This document shows, piece after piece, positions 63,410 through 64,000 of a stretch of 64,000 nucleotides of DNA. A model generated the notes under the pieces. That model had not been told where the DNA came from. It saw only the letters and a list, made by a program, of their open reading frames with translations, and made no database searches. The DNA lies in the NCBI GenBank assembly GCA_002104905.1, contig MCFE01000348.1, positions 1 through 64,000 of the forward strand, in the 5' to 3' direction. Within the stretch, counting starts at the first letter, position 1. The number at the start of each line of letters is the position of its first letter. A program made the translations under genes and the position numbers. This DNA is from Basidiobolus meristosporus CBS 931.73 (lineage: Eukaryota; Fungi; Basidiobolomycota).

Positions 63410-63595
63410 TTGGGAAATGCATTTGTAATGGTTTGGCTTGGTTGAGCAGACATGCTAACTTTGGGATATGCATTTGTAATAGCATAGCTCGCTAACTTTG
63501 GGATGTGCATTTGTAATAGCATGGCTCGCTAACTTTGGGAAATGCCTGGAATTTGGTTGCTTTAATAGACTTTCTCGACAGTTGCATTACAAATA
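63410..63595. promoter_or_regulatory. 37-bp tandem repeat and four ATTACAAAT motifs upstream of thioredoxin
   Basis: Units at 63454-63490 and 63491-63527, partial units at 63528 and about 63409. TTTGTAA at 63422, 63473 and 63510; TTACAAA at 63587. Confidence 0.7.
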
Positions 63596-63685
63596 ACCAC
63601 CCAACCAACACTTGCCATCCCGAGGGGAGCTCTGGTATAAAGAGAGCTGGCGCACGCCTGTCCCACAGTATTCAACCCAACCAAC

Positions 63686-64000
63686 ATGGCCATCCAACAC
63701 ATCCACAGCGTATCTGAATTCGAAGAGTTGCTCAAGAGCGACAAATACGTCATCGTCGACTTCTTCGCCACCTGGTGCGGGTATGTATTCTGTGTCCACC
63801 GGATGATCACCAGACTTGGTACTAACCACATGGATTTCTAGACCTTGCAAGATGATCGCCCCCAAGTTCGAGAAACTCGCCGGAGATTTCCCCAACGCCA
63901 TCTTCGCCAAAGTGGATGTTGACGAGCTGCCGGACATCGCTGCATCGGCGTCGGTCCGTTCCATGCCAACCTTCCATATTTATAAGGATGGTCAGAAGGT
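63686..64000 (+). CDS. TRX: Thioredoxin, truncated by the window end
   Basis: Exon 63686-63780, intron 63781-63841, then exon 2; the spliced product reads 'VIVDFFATWCGPCKMIAP...FAKVDVDE...MPTF'. Confidence 0.97.

Overview
Eukaryotic, most likely fungal, genomic DNA in two sharply different compartments. Evidence for a fungus is GT-AG introns plus Ady2-, Nse2-, COG8-, alpha-arrestin- and thioredoxin-like genes; the lineage cannot be fixed from sequence alone. Bases 1 to about 52,300 are a CpG-depleted transposon graveyard that can be unpicked by target-site duplications (TSDs). An old unclassified repeat hosts a CACTA/EnSpm-type element (12622-45836). That element hosts a tRNA-Lys-primed Ty3/Gypsy (12648-25560), whose 5' LTR hosts a second CACTA copy (18336-24814), which hosts a solo LTR (19624-20320). 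The outer CACTA also carries two copies of a 3.4-kb DDE_Tnp_4 (PIF/Harbinger-ISL2EU-like) element with AGACTTG ends and A-N-T TSDs, and its 730-bp foldback MITEs. One of those copies contains a young Gypsy (34228-40860) with an unexpected third ORF of about 389 codons between integrase and the 3' LTR. A Copia relic and other fragments follow. From about 52,300 the DNA is CpG-rich and gene-dense: a small 2-TM protein, an Ady2/GPR1/FUN34/YaaH transporter, a Cys-rich type I membrane protein, an ankyrin protein, NSE2/MMS21, COG8, an alpha-arrestin and a thioredoxin cut by the window end. Everything was read by eye; no database searches were run, and coordinates of degenerate relics are approximate.
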